Shown: positions 37,895 to 47,079 of the stretch, piece after piece | Position numbering within the stretch: the first letter of the stretch is position 1 | Layout: every line of letters starts with the position of its first letter | Assembly: GCA_964595035.1 (NCBI GenBank) | Contig: CAZQNW010000001.1 | Coordinates: forward strand, 1-55,597 | DNA from: an uncultured Pseudomonadota bacterium | GTDB lineage: Bacteria; Babelota; Babeliae; Babelales; Vermiphilaceae | DNA length: 55,597 nt | Reading direction: 5' to 3' | Made by a program: the position numbers and the translations under genes | Notes under the pieces: model-generated | Told to the model about the DNA's origin: nothing | Seen by the model: only the letters and a program-made list of their open reading frames with translations | The model's database searches: none

Positions 37895-39188
37895 ATGTTG
37901 GATTATTCTTTTTCTTTGTAGTATTTCTGTTAATGCTTTTGCGCGCAAAAAGATCTCTTCAGGAGTACAAAAACATGATATATGCTCTGTTAGTTGTGCG
38001 CATAAAATAGAGATTTTTGATGATAAAACTCCAACTGATTCATCTTCACATGTTCAAACCTGCTCATTAAATAATGTGATTCCTCAGGATGCATATGAAA
38101 CATGTGGAACGGCAACAAAGCCTCATGAGATTGAAGTACGTGTATTGTTAGATGAAGGTAAAACATCTACTTGGATGTTGCACTCTGAGTCGGGATTTTT
38201 ATTAGTTGATCCATTAAATCCTAAAAAATCAATTTCTATACATAAGCATGATGTCTCCATTTCTAGTAAATACGGATATATTTATATTGATGGAAAACGT
38301 TTAACGAGGAATCGTGTTATAGTACGCGCTCACGATGGGAATATACTATTCAATGGTCACGAATATGGCGGTTCATTCTATGTTATCTGTATTTCAGACA
38401 GCATATTTTTGATCAATTGTATAGATCTTGAAGATTATGTAGCCTCCGTTTTAGATTCAGAATCATGGCCTAGTTGGCCTCATGAAATGCATAAAGTAAT
38501 GGCTATTGCAATACGAAGTTATGGCGTTGCTATGATGATGCAAGCGATAGCAAATAAACGTATATATCATGTTAAAAACAGTGTAAAACACCAAGTATAC
38601 GGAGGTTTCCATAAAAAACGTGCACTCTATGATGCTGTTACAGAAACTAGTGGAATCATTATGATATATCAAAATAAACCGGTTATAGCTATGTATGATT
38701 CTTGCTGCGGAGGCGTTGTAACTGCGCGTATGAAAGGCATAGATTTTGTTAAAGCGCCATATCTGGCGAGAAAAACACCGTGTACATTCTGTAAGAATTG
38801 CAAAATTTTTTCATGGACTGCGGAGTTTGAGAAAAGTGAACTAACTGCTTTGCTTAAAAATGATATTCCTAATCTGTCCAAAATTAAAACTGTTACTGTT
38901 TCAAAGAAGGACGCTGCCGGACTTGTTCAACAAGTAAGTGTAAAAAGTGCTCATGGTATTTCGACAATTTCAGGTAAAAAAATATTTAGCCTGAAACCTA
39001 AAATTAAAAGTTGCTGTTATGCGATTGAAAATACTACGAATAAGATTATTTTCAGGGGGCGAGGATATGGCCATCATGTAGGTCTTTGCCAATGGGGTGC
39101 CAGCCAAATGATTAAAGATGGCTACGATTGCAAGAAGACTTTACGTTTTTATTATCCCGGTATATCTTTCGTAAAGCTTGTGAAATAG
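37872..39188 (+). CDS. SpoIID/LytB-domain protein (peptidoglycan remodelling)
   Basis: ATG 37872 gives signal peptide MNIRFHYKCWIILFLCSISVNAFA (track start 37776 lies inside rnhA). Motifs LEDYVASVLDSESWPSWPHEMHKVMAIAIRSYG, DSCCGGVV, GRGYGHHVGLCQWGA. Confidence 0.85.
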   Translation: MNIRFHYKCWIILFLCSISVNAFARKKISSGVQKHDICSVSCAHKIEIFDDKTPTDSSSHVQTCSLNNVIPQDAYETCGTATKPHEIEVRVLLDEGKTSTWMLHSESGFLLVDPLNPKKSISIHKHDVSISSKYGYIYIDGKRLTRNRVIVRAHDGNILFNGHEYGGSFYVICISDSIFLINCIDLEDYVASVLDSESWPSWPHEMHKVMAIAIRSYGVAMMMQAIANKRIYHVKNSVKHQVYGGFHKKRALYDAVTETSGIIMIYQNKPVIAMYDSCCGGVVTARMKGIDFVKAPYLARKTPCTFCKNCKIFSWTAEFEKSELTALLKNDIPNLSKIKTVTVSKKDAAGLVQQVSVKSAHGISTISGKKIFSLKPKIKSCCYAIENTTNKIIFRGRGYGHHVGLCQWGASQMIKDGYDCKKTLRFYYPGISFVKLVK

Positions 39189-39268
39189 CATTGTTATCAA
39201 AAAAGGATACAAAGTAAGAGTATCACAATATAGTGCCTCAGAGGTGGCGACAGTTGTTAAGGTGTTTT

Positions 39269-39730
39269 ATGGCGCAAGGGAAAGATCATATAGTAGCAGG
39301 TATGGTTATCTGGCTTATATCGCTATTTTTATTTCAGATATACATCGCTTCTTTTACTCATTTCATGATTCTTTTGTTTTGTGCTGTTGCGGGTGCTTTG
39401 TTTCCAGATATCGATATTAAGAGTAAAGGCCAAAGATTTTTTTTTAGCTTGATGCTTCCCCTTTATATTTTTTTATGTATGCATGAACGATATGTTTTAT
39501 GTGGGAGCTTGGTATTTGTAGCGTTGTTGCCAACTTTTGTTGCTCACAGAGGTATTTTTCATCAACTTTGGTTTATACTAGCCATTGCTTGTGTGTCGGG
39601 AATAGCAATAGCAAACACATTTCCTGCGTATGATGAATTTATTAAAATTGGAACACTCGTTTTTATATTTGGGGCTCTATCTCATCTATTACTTGATTTT
39701 GGTTTTTCTGGAATACTGCGCACAAAATAA
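39269..39730 (+). CDS. YdjM-like membrane-bound metal-dependent hydrolase (DUF457 family)
   Basis: Polytopic; FPDIDIKS, AHRGIFHQ, LSHLLLDF motifs; ATG 39269 is preferred over the 39233 track start. Confidence 0.7.
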   Translation: MAQGKDHIVAGMVIWLISLFLFQIYIASFTHFMILLFCAVAGALFPDIDIKSKGQRFFFSLMLPLYIFLCMHERYVLCGSLVFVALLPTFVAHRGIFHQLWFILAIACVSGIAIANTFPAYDEFIKIGTLVFIFGALSHLLLDFGFSGILRTK

Positions 39731-39735
39731 ATTTA

Positions 39736-40551
39736 TTATACATCATCTTGAAACTGGTATAGTGTGCGAGCATTTTCTGTTGTTATTTTCGCAACAACGG
39801 TGTAATCGATATGCAAAAAATCTGCAATGAAATGAGCAATAGTTGCAACTTCTTTTGGATGGTTTCTTTTGCCCCTCATATGTTGTGGAGGCAGATAAGG
39901 TGAATCTGTTTCGAGTACAATATGTTCTAAGCCAACCGTTGCGACTATTGAGCGCAACCTATCATTCTTAGGATATGTTATGGTTGCAGGAATGCCTATA
40001 TAAAAACCCCAATTGATAACATGTTCAGCGAATGCAAGATCCTCAGAAAAGCAATGGAATACTCCACGATGGAGCTCTGATTTGTATTCATCGATAATTT
40101 TTAATGTATCTTCGGGTGCTTGTCGCGTATGAATAACGAGAGCTTTATTATATTCTAAAGCAAGTTCTATTTGCGCTTTGAATGCATCTTTTTGGCGTGA
40201 TGCATGATAATCGGGATAATGATAATCAAGGCCGCATTCTCCAATGGCGACAATTTTAGGATTACTTTTAATTAAAGGAATAAGCTGTTTTAAATCTTCT
40301 CGCCAAGATTCAGCGCAGTCATGTGGAAATAGTCCTACAGCTGCAAACACTCTTTTGTATCGTTCAGAAAGCATACTGCAGTTAAAGCTGTCAGTATATG
40401 ATGTACTACCAATGGTTACAAGTGTTGTAACATTTGATGTTGCCGCTTCATCTATGATTTGATCGGCTTTTTCGTAGTCGTATGCTTCAAGCTTTTTGTT
40501 AATATTTTCATCAATTAACATAGGAATATGGCAGTGTGTATCGACGAGCAT
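39736..40551 (-). CDS. tatD: TatD-family metal-dependent hydrolase/DNase
   Basis: 271 aa; MLVDTHCHI, IGECGLDYHY, LVIHTR, FHCF, ETDSPYLPP. Confidence 0.88.
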   Translation of the reverse strand: MLVDTHCHIPMLIDENINKKLEAYDYEKADQIIDEAATSNVTTLVTIGSTSYTDSFNCSMLSERYKRVFAAVGLFPHDCAESWREDLKQLIPLIKSNPKIVAIGECGLDYHYPDYHASRQKDAFKAQIELALEYNKALVIHTRQAPEDTLKIIDEYKSELHRGVFHCFSEDLAFAEHVINWGFYIGIPATITYPKNDRLRSIVATVGLEHIVLETDSPYLPPQHMRGKRNHPKEVATIAHFIADFLHIDYTVVAKITTENARTLYQFQDDV

Positions 40552-40699
40552 AAGTGCCTTTCGTTAAGTATTGTATCTTCAAATTTGACAAATCTGCAAA
40601 TAGAATTACTCTAGAATACAAGTATAATGGAGTTTACAGAAAAGAGTGGAGATAAATGAAGTAGCAGTGTCGTACTTACATTATTTTAGAGGAGTATCA

Positions 40700-40987
40700 A
40701 TGAATAAGAATGAGTTGGTAGCCGCTTTGAGCGACGAAACCACATTCAGTAAAAAAGATGTTCTTCGCGTTTTGGATTCTCTAACGCGAATCATCGAACG
40801 TACGCTTAAAAAAGGTGAAAAGGTTTCTATTACAGGATTCGGAAGTTTTTGGTTATCCTGTCGTCCAGAGCGCAATGGTATAAATCCTGCGACTAAAGAG
40901 CGTATTAAATTGCCTCGTATTAATGTCCCAAGGTTTAAGCCAGGCAAAAATCTTAGAAAAGAAGTTAGATCGATCTGTATAGGTTAG
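40700..40987 (+). CDS. hup: DNA-binding protein HU
   Basis: ATG 40700 (AGGAG upstream) gives MNKNELVAALS...; GFGSFWLSCRPERNGINPATKERIKLPRINVPRFKPGKNL. Confidence 0.92.
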   Translation: MNKNELVAALSDETTFSKKDVLRVLDSLTRIIERTLKKGEKVSITGFGSFWLSCRPERNGINPATKERIKLPRINVPRFKPGKNLRKEVRSICIG

Positions 40988-41024
40988 CTTTTAGGCGACC
41001 TCGGAAAAAGATTCCTAATTCAGG

Positions 41025-41050
41025 GCCGCACATATTGTGCGGCTTTTATT
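41025..41050 (+). terminator. Rho-independent terminator after hup
   Basis: Stem gccgcac / gtgcggc (41025-41031 / 41037-41043), 5-nt loop, followed by ttttatt. Confidence 0.8.
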
Positions 41051-41058
41051 GTTTCTTT

Positions 41059-41087
41059 TTGCATTAGTGCGTTTTTTCCTGTACTAT
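41059..41087 (+). promoter_or_regulatory. Candidate promoter for serS
   Basis: TTGCAT (41059-41064), 17-nt spacer, TACTAT (41082-41087); about 50 nt before the serS ATG. Confidence 0.3.
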
Positions 41088-41136
41088 AACGTGTATGGGA
41101 CGGACGCATATTTTATAATGTACCTGTGGAGTTACA

Positions 41137-42369
41137 ATGATTAATTTAGTATGGTTGCGACAGGATCCTGAAACGGTATTTAAGCTGGTCAGAAAAAAAG
41201 AACCAAAATTTGATATTGAACGGCTGTATGAGCTTGATGCTCAGGTTAGATTGTATCTTTCAGATGTCGAATCACTCAGGCAAAAGAAAAATGAATTAGC
41301 TCAACAAGGTAAAAGAGGCGTTACCCAAGAACTTCGTGATCAATCCATTGAACTGGGTAAGATGTTGAAGAGCAAGGAGCAAGAACTTGCTCGAGTGCAA
41401 AAAGAATTTGATTTATTGTATCTCGGGTGTCCTAATATTCCTTTCGAAGATGTTCCAGAAGGAGATAAAGCTGATAATGTTGTTGTAAAAGTTGTAGGGC
41501 AAAAGCCTGTTTTCAATTTTGATATAAAGAATCATGTAGAACTTGGCGAGCATTTAGGCTGGTTGGATTTTGAGGCGGGTGCTCGTATGGCGGGGAGCCA
41601 ATTTGTTATGTATAAAGGCATGGGAGCTCAATTAGTTTATGCGCTGACGCGTCTCATGTTGACTAATAACCTCAAATATGGCTACGAAATTATGCTGCCT
41701 CCTTGCGTAGCAAATGAAACATCGCTGTTAGTTGCAAGTAATTTCCCAAAATTTAGAGATCAAGTTTACTCTATTCCTGAAGATAATCTTTATTTATCGC
41801 CAACAGCGGAAGTTGTTTTGACCAATCTTTATAGAGAGCAAATCTTTGGTGATGAACAGTTGCCTAAACGTATGACAGCTTGGACAAGCTGCTTCAGACG
41901 TGAAGCTGGCGGTTATGGTTCAACAGAAAGAGGTCTTATTCGTATCCACCAATTTGAAAAAGTTGAAATTTATACCATATGTGAGCCAGAACAGGCAGTA
42001 GCTGAGCATGAGCGTATGATTGCTTGTGCTGAAGATATTTTGCAGCAATTAGGATTGCATTATCGCATTAGTTTGTTAGCGGCTCAAGATTGTTCCTTTG
42101 CTTCGGCCAAAACGTTTGATATTGAAGTATGGCTTCCTGGACAAAATTGTTATTATGAAGTTTCATCCTCAAGCAATTGTACTGATTTTCAAGCTCGTCG
42201 TGGCTCTATCAGATACAAGAAATCCGGCATGAAAAAGCCTGAACTTGTGTATACGTTAAATACTTCGTCATTAGCTGTACCGCGTTTGATGGTTGCACTA
42301 CTTGAAACGTACCAGCAAGCTGATGGAACTGTTGTATTACCAGAAATACTGACTAAATTTATGCTTTGA
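41137..42369 (+). CDS. serS: Seryl-tRNA synthetase
   Basis: 410 aa; N-terminal coiled-coil arm, class II motifs (CFRREAG, IHQFEKVE, GSIRY..., LNTSSLAVPRLMVALLE). Confidence 0.94.
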   Translation: MINLVWLRQDPETVFKLVRKKEPKFDIERLYELDAQVRLYLSDVESLRQKKNELAQQGKRGVTQELRDQSIELGKMLKSKEQELARVQKEFDLLYLGCPNIPFEDVPEGDKADNVVVKVVGQKPVFNFDIKNHVELGEHLGWLDFEAGARMAGSQFVMYKGMGAQLVYALTRLMLTNNLKYGYEIMLPPCVANETSLLVASNFPKFRDQVYSIPEDNLYLSPTAEVVLTNLYREQIFGDEQLPKRMTAWTSCFRREAGGYGSTERGLIRIHQFEKVEIYTICEPEQAVAEHERMIACAEDILQQLGLHYRISLLAAQDCSFASAKTFDIEVWLPGQNCYYEVSSSSNCTDFQARRGSIRYKKSGMKKPELVYTLNTSSLAVPRLMVALLETYQQADGTVVLPEILTKFML

Positions 42370-43244
42370 TGAATATGTTATCAAAAGAAGTTTTGAAAAA
42401 AATTGCTGAAATTGAGATACATACAAGACGCATATTAAGTAGCACACTCATGGGTGATAGCAGGTCGGCTCAAAAAGGTTCAGGATTTGAATTTAATCAA
42501 ATTCGGGACTATCAGATGGGTGATGATGTTCGTTCTATTGATTGGAAAGCATCTGCAAGGTCAGGTAAGATTCTTGTAAAGGAATATATCGAAGAACGTA
42601 ATCGTACAATAATGATTTTACTTGATCTGTCAGCCTCTACTTCATTTGCATCAAATTCTATGAGCGGTGCGGATATTTTAAAGCAGGTTGCTGCAGTATT
42701 ATCATTGGTTGCTGGTTACAGCAAAGATCGTGTCGGATTAATTTTGTATACGGATAAGATAGAATATGTAATCCCTCCGGCAATGGGACATATGCATGTT
42801 CATACTATAATAAAGCAGATCTTTTCCCAGCAAACAACATCAAAAAAAACTAATGGAGCTCTTGCGATTGAGCGGCTAAAACAGATGAAAGATAAAAAGA
42901 CGGCAGTTTTTTTGTTGTCTGATTGTATCGATGAAAGTCTGGATTATTCGTTAAAGTCAATTGCCTCGAATCATGAAATTGTTGTGATACGGTGCCTTGA
43001 TAAACTTGTTAAATCGTTTCCTTCTGTGGGCTTTTTAACTGTTTATGATCCTGAAGATGACAAGACATGTCTTTTGGATACGCGTTCAGGAAAACGCGTT
43101 GGCATTGCAGATTATTTGGAAGATAGGATTGTTGCGCAAAAACGCCTTTATACCAAGTATGGTATCGATTGTCTTGATTTAAAAAACAACGAAACTTTTA
43201 TTGATGATGTTATACGATTCTTCCGTAGGCGCATGACCTACTAA
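42369..43244 (+). CDS. DUF58-domain protein (vWA-like; usually a MoxR partner)
   Basis: GSGFEFNQIRDYQMGDDVRSIDWKASARSGKILVKEYIEERN is the DUF58 signature; vWA-like LLDLSASTSF follows; its ATG overlaps the serS TGA (TGATG). Confidence 0.8.
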   Translation: MNMLSKEVLKKIAEIEIHTRRILSSTLMGDSRSAQKGSGFEFNQIRDYQMGDDVRSIDWKASARSGKILVKEYIEERNRTIMILLDLSASTSFASNSMSGADILKQVAAVLSLVAGYSKDRVGLILYTDKIEYVIPPAMGHMHVHTIIKQIFSQQTTSKKTNGALAIERLKQMKDKKTAVFLLSDCIDESLDYSLKSIASNHEIVVIRCLDKLVKSFPSVGFLTVYDPEDDKTCLLDTRSGKRVGIADYLEDRIVAQKRLYTKYGIDCLDLKNNETFIDDVIRFFRRRMTY

Positions 43245-43254
43245 AAGGGTGTCG

Positions 43255-43767
43255 ATGAACAATTCTCATATGGATGACTTCTACGATATTTTTGGGGTTT
43301 GGCATGAACCATGGTGGCAAAGTACTGCATGCAAGGTTATTGTTTTAATTGTAACGATTAGCATTGTGATATGGTTAACATATCTTATCTTTAAAAAAAT
43401 TTTTATAAAGAAAAAAGTTAGACCTTGTTGGGAGGTTGCTTTAACAAATCTAGAAAACCTGAGAATGCCAAATGTATTTTCTGTCGACAAAGCCAAAAGC
43501 TTTTATTTTCAATTAACAAACATTATTAAACGCTATATTACTGAACGTTATGGAATCGCTGTACAGGGTAGTACTGAAAAAGAAATTTTGTCTTATCTTG
43601 AAGAGCAAATCAACTTTCCTAAAGATATATTGCCGGTTGCGCGTGATATTTTTTGTCATGCAAGCAGCATAAAATTTGCCAATGAACCTGCGCTTGTTGA
43701 GCAGATGGAACAGGACCTTGCTTTGGGGGTGCGATTGGTAAAAGAAACTATACCTTTAAATAAGTAA
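43255..43767 (+). CDS. Single-pass membrane protein, DUF4381-like
   Basis: About 170 aa; N-terminal ...HEPWWQ followed by one TM helix (VIVLIVTISIVIWLTYLIF), then a soluble helical domain. Family call is tentative and rests on architecture and position after DUF58. Confidence 0.45.
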   Translation: MNNSHMDDFYDIFGVWHEPWWQSTACKVIVLIVTISIVIWLTYLIFKKIFIKKKVRPCWEVALTNLENLRMPNVFSVDKAKSFYFQLTNIIKRYITERYGIAVQGSTEKEILSYLEEQINFPKDILPVARDIFCHASSIKFANEPALVEQMEQDLALGVRLVKETIPLNK

Positions 43768-43790
43768 TATTAGATTACATCGAGACTTGT

Positions 43791-44939
43791 ATGCAATTTT
43801 CCCTTGCAGATACTGTTTGTTCATTTTATATTCATTGGCCATTTTGTACCTCGAGATGCTCATATTGCCCTTTTATTGCTCTTGCGTGTCATAATCAGTA
43901 TATGCAAAGATATCATGATGCCTTGATGCTGGAAATCGATGCTTTTGCGGATCTGTACGATCAATGCGTTATTCCTACTTTGTATCTTGGAGGGGGAACT
44001 CCCAGTACCTGGCCGGATAGGCTACTACTTGACATGTCTGGTAAAATTAAAAGTGTATTTTGTATTGATCGGCTTGGTGAAGTAACTATTGAAGTTAATC
44101 CTGGTACAGTTAGTTATAATCAATTATATATGTGGCGAAAGTGCGGCATTAATAGGCTTAGTATAGGAGTTCAGTATGGAGATTCGACTATTTTAGCTGC
44201 ATTGAATCGATTCCAAACAGAGGAAGACGTGACACAGCTTCTTTTACATGCTTCGCGGGAATTTGATAATGTATCCGTTGATATTATGCTTGGCTTACCG
44301 GGTGTAGATAAAAGTGGGTGGGTATCTTTTATGCACAAAGTGGTTTCTTGGCCTGTAAAGCATATTTCCTTGTATTGCCTTATGGTTCATGAGCAAACAC
44401 CTCTTTATTATAATGTGAAACGTGGTGATGTGAAAATTCCAGATGAGGGGTTAATTGCGGATTTATATTGTTGGTCTATAGATTTTTTAGCCCAGCATGG
44501 TTTTTTACAGTACGAAGTGTCGAATTTTGCTCGTCAGGGCTATGAGTCTCAGCATAATATTGTTTATTGGGACAGGAAGCCTTATAAAGGTTTCGGGCTG
44601 GGAGCCTGTTCTTTTGACGGGAATAGCCGCTTCATGAATGAAAAGAACCTTATGCGTTATATTGAAACAGTAGAACAAAAAAAAGACCCTGCAATATTTG
44701 CTGAATTATTGAGTGCTGACGATATTCGACTTGAAATGATTATGTTGGGGCTACGAAGAAATAAGGGTATAAGCTATAATTTTTTGCTGGAGGGGTTAAG
44801 TTTAGAGAGAAGGTCTATCTTAGAGGGGAAAATTAAATATTTGTGTGATTCCAATTTGTTGCTAGTTGAGGATGGGTTCTTGCGATTAACTGCGGCTGGT
44901 TTCGTCGTAGAACAAGAGATCATAGCTGAGCTGGCATAG
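43791..44939 (+). CDS. hemW: Radical SAM HemW/HemN-like protein (heme chaperone / coproporphyrinogen III oxidase-like)
   Basis: 382 aa; CTSRCSYCPF (CxxxCxxC) near the N-terminus, GGGTPS, HemN_C-like C-terminal domain. Confidence 0.82.
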   Translation: MQFSLADTVCSFYIHWPFCTSRCSYCPFIALACHNQYMQRYHDALMLEIDAFADLYDQCVIPTLYLGGGTPSTWPDRLLLDMSGKIKSVFCIDRLGEVTIEVNPGTVSYNQLYMWRKCGINRLSIGVQYGDSTILAALNRFQTEEDVTQLLLHASREFDNVSVDIMLGLPGVDKSGWVSFMHKVVSWPVKHISLYCLMVHEQTPLYYNVKRGDVKIPDEGLIADLYCWSIDFLAQHGFLQYEVSNFARQGYESQHNIVYWDRKPYKGFGLGACSFDGNSRFMNEKNLMRYIETVEQKKDPAIFAELLSADDIRLEMIMLGLRRNKGISYNFLLEGLSLERRSILEGKIKYLCDSNLLLVEDGFLRLTAAGFVVEQEIIAELA

Positions 44940-45013
44940 TTATTTAGGTTATTACGGTTTATTTAACAACAAGTGGTTTTTATTTTTTTTATACAATTTT
45001 ATGAGGTAATATT

Positions 45014-45475
45014 ATGGCAAAACATGTAGGTGTCAAACTGCCTGATGATTTAGTAAAGGTTTTAAAAAGTGGCAAAACTGTTGGTGTTTTGGCTACTTTC
45101 TCTGAAAAAGGGTTGCCTCATACGACGCCTATTCAGTGTGTTTACCCAAAAGGATTGGAAAGTATCTTGATCTCTATCCATAAAGATCATACCGGTTATC
45201 ATAATATGGTATGGCAGAAAAAGGTAATGATGTGTTTTATGGACGAAGGTAATGTTGCATACAGCGTATTGGCCCGTTCAGGTGTCGTAAGAGCTCCATC
45301 CTTGGTTCATCCTTTAATGAATATTGTACGTTTAGATATTATTGATATTAAAAGTGATCGTTCTGTTCTTTCCAGGGTTGATAAAGGTATCCAATGGAGT
45401 TATACGTCTCCAGAGGCTGAGGAGTTATCAAAGGCCTTGATAAATGAACTTAAGGAATTGGCGGAAACATTGTAA
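45014..45475 (+). CDS. Hypothetical protein, possibly a PNPOx-like FMN-binding split-barrel
   Basis: 153 aa; pattern VGVLATFSEKGLPHTTPI...ILISIHKDHTGYHNMVWQKKVMMCF resembles pyridoxamine-5'-phosphate-oxidase-like proteins; weak recognition only. Confidence 0.4.
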   Translation: MAKHVGVKLPDDLVKVLKSGKTVGVLATFSEKGLPHTTPIQCVYPKGLESILISIHKDHTGYHNMVWQKKVMMCFMDEGNVAYSVLARSGVVRAPSLVHPLMNIVRLDIIDIKSDRSVLSRVDKGIQWSYTSPEAEELSKALINELKELAETL

Positions 45476-45515
45476 TTTTAAAAGTAGAGCATAAAAAAGA
45501 GTATAAGGATTCATT

Positions 45516-46790
45516 ATGTGTATGTTAGTGATGAGCATCATTATGGGCGGATTATCTCTCACCGGTTTTTTATTGGGGCAGCAACCACTACGTATGGTTG
45601 AAGCTCCTAAGGCTGTAGAGGAGCCTAAATTAATATTTTCCGAAGTTCCACGTAATGAAGCACAAGGAAATGCACACGTGGAGTCGGTTCTGGAAGGCAA
45701 GGAGCTTGCAACTGGAAATGTTATTGTACCGACCAGAGAGCCTAATAAAGTAGTTGAGCCTAATAAAGTAGTTTTAACTACAAAAGATGATGCAGCTGTT
45801 AAAAAGCAGGAGACAAATACTATTGCCATAGCAAAGGAGCCTATTGCAGGCGTTGGAGAAGATGCCACAAAGCAAGAGGCTCAAAAAGCGCAAGAACCTC
45901 AGAATTCTAGCGAAATGATTAGTATAGATACCATTGATCTAGACCAACCTGAAGGCAACTGGCTCAATAAAAGGATTTGGTGGGAGAGAGCAAAGGACAA
46001 ATACAAAGAATGCCGTGACGTGTACGAGGGAATTTTTTCTTCAAGAATGATTTTTTTGGAAAAACGTGCTGAAATTGAAAAAACAATTTTGAATCCTTTT
46101 TATAGAGGTGTAGGGCTCGAACAATCTGAAATACGTGATATTCTAATGAACTTGATTGAAGATATCGAGCGTGAGCGAGAAGAATCAGGTTTTTTAGATG
46201 AAAGAGAGCGCGAATTTCTTGATAAACTTATACTTTCAAAAAAAGATCTTGAACAGCTAAAGTTGGATATTGATATTATTGAGGATATAGATACGCATAT
46301 TGATAAAGCAATCAATACCTTGAATGGTAAAATAAATGAAGCTCATCGGTTTGAACAATCTGCTTGGCAAGAATTTGAAGCAATAGCGCATGAGTTAAGT
46401 GACAAAAAAGCCTATGAACGTTATTATGTGATTGATGGGTTACACAAAAACCTCAAAGAGCTAAAAAAATATATAGATCACGAATTTTCCAGTTATTTTG
46501 ATAGTTTGATTCAAGCGGCAAAAGATAAAACTGAACGAGCTAAAAAAGAAATACAAGAGTTAAAAGAGCGTGGCATAGACTTAAAGGAGCAGTTCGGACT
46601 TTTGGTAGCTGAAAGCCAAATGAGTGATGAGGAGCAGGCAAGAATTGCTGAACAGAAGGCTGCAGAAGCTGCGAAAAAAGCAGCAAAAGTTCCATCAGCA
46701 GGTTTTTTTGTTAAGATATGGAATGCCGTTGTAAGCTTCTTTAAAGCTCTTTGGAACCTCTTGTTTGGTTGGTGGCTCTATAAAGTATAA
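45516..46790 (+). CDS. Orphan coiled-coil protein with hydrophobic N- and C-termini
   Basis: 424 aa; N-terminal TM/signal anchor (MSIIMGGLSLTGFLLG), tandem EPNKVV-EPNKVV, long charged helical region, Trp/Phe-rich hydrophobic tail FFVKIWNAVVSFFKALWNLLFGWWLYKV. Confidence 0.65.
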   Translation: MCMLVMSIIMGGLSLTGFLLGQQPLRMVEAPKAVEEPKLIFSEVPRNEAQGNAHVESVLEGKELATGNVIVPTREPNKVVEPNKVVLTTKDDAAVKKQETNTIAIAKEPIAGVGEDATKQEAQKAQEPQNSSEMISIDTIDLDQPEGNWLNKRIWWERAKDKYKECRDVYEGIFSSRMIFLEKRAEIEKTILNPFYRGVGLEQSEIRDILMNLIEDIEREREESGFLDEREREFLDKLILSKKDLEQLKLDIDIIEDIDTHIDKAINTLNGKINEAHRFEQSAWQEFEAIAHELSDKKAYERYYVIDGLHKNLKELKKYIDHEFSSYFDSLIQAAKDKTERAKKEIQELKERGIDLKEQFGLLVAESQMSDEEQARIAEQKAAEAAKKAAKVPSAGFFVKIWNAVVSFFKALWNLLFGWWLYKV

Positions 46791-46887
46791 TTTTGCCACA
46801 AAGCTTCTCTGAAAAGCTCTTGATCATACTTGATCCGGGTTGAAGCATATGGCAGCTTTGTGCATTGAAAAATTTTTTTGCAAAAGT

Positions 46888-46916
46888 TTGATAAGATGCC
46901 ATACATGTGATACATT
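46888..46916 (+). promoter_or_regulatory. Candidate promoter for tRNA-Leu / secD
   Basis: TTGATA (46888-46893), 17-nt spacer ending in TGa, TACATT (46911-46916); 21 nt before the tRNA 5' end. Confidence 0.3.
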
Positions 46917-46937
46917 ACTATCATGTTTGATTGAAAT

Positions 46938-47024
46938 GCCGAAGTGGTGAAATTGGCAGACACGCAGCCTTGAGGTGGCTGTGGGAGAAATCCTGTAGGG
47001 GTTCGAGTCCCCTCTTCGGCACCA
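46938..47024 (+). tRNA. tRNA-Leu (anticodon GAG)
   Basis: Acceptor gccgaag/cttcggc, anticodon arm cagcc-ttGAGgt-ggctg, long variable arm (class II), T arm ggggttcgagtcccc, encoded CCA. Confidence 0.92.
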
Positions 47025-47079
47025 TTTTGTAGATTAATGAATTGTAGTGTTAAATGAGGTGGTAGAGAAGGGTTGTAAT

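Noticed and set aside
45428-45868. 146-aa minus-strand ORF overlapping the start of the coiled-coil gene and the end of the PNPOx-like gene.
   Set aside because: It is a low-complexity antisense translation that overlaps two better-supported + strand genes.
46797-46863. Nested inverted repeats after the coiled-coil gene: cacaaagct...agctttgtg enclosing two 5-bp hairpins.
   Set aside because: This may be a structured 3' end or terminator, but no adjacent U-tract is present and the stems are short, so I did not call it.
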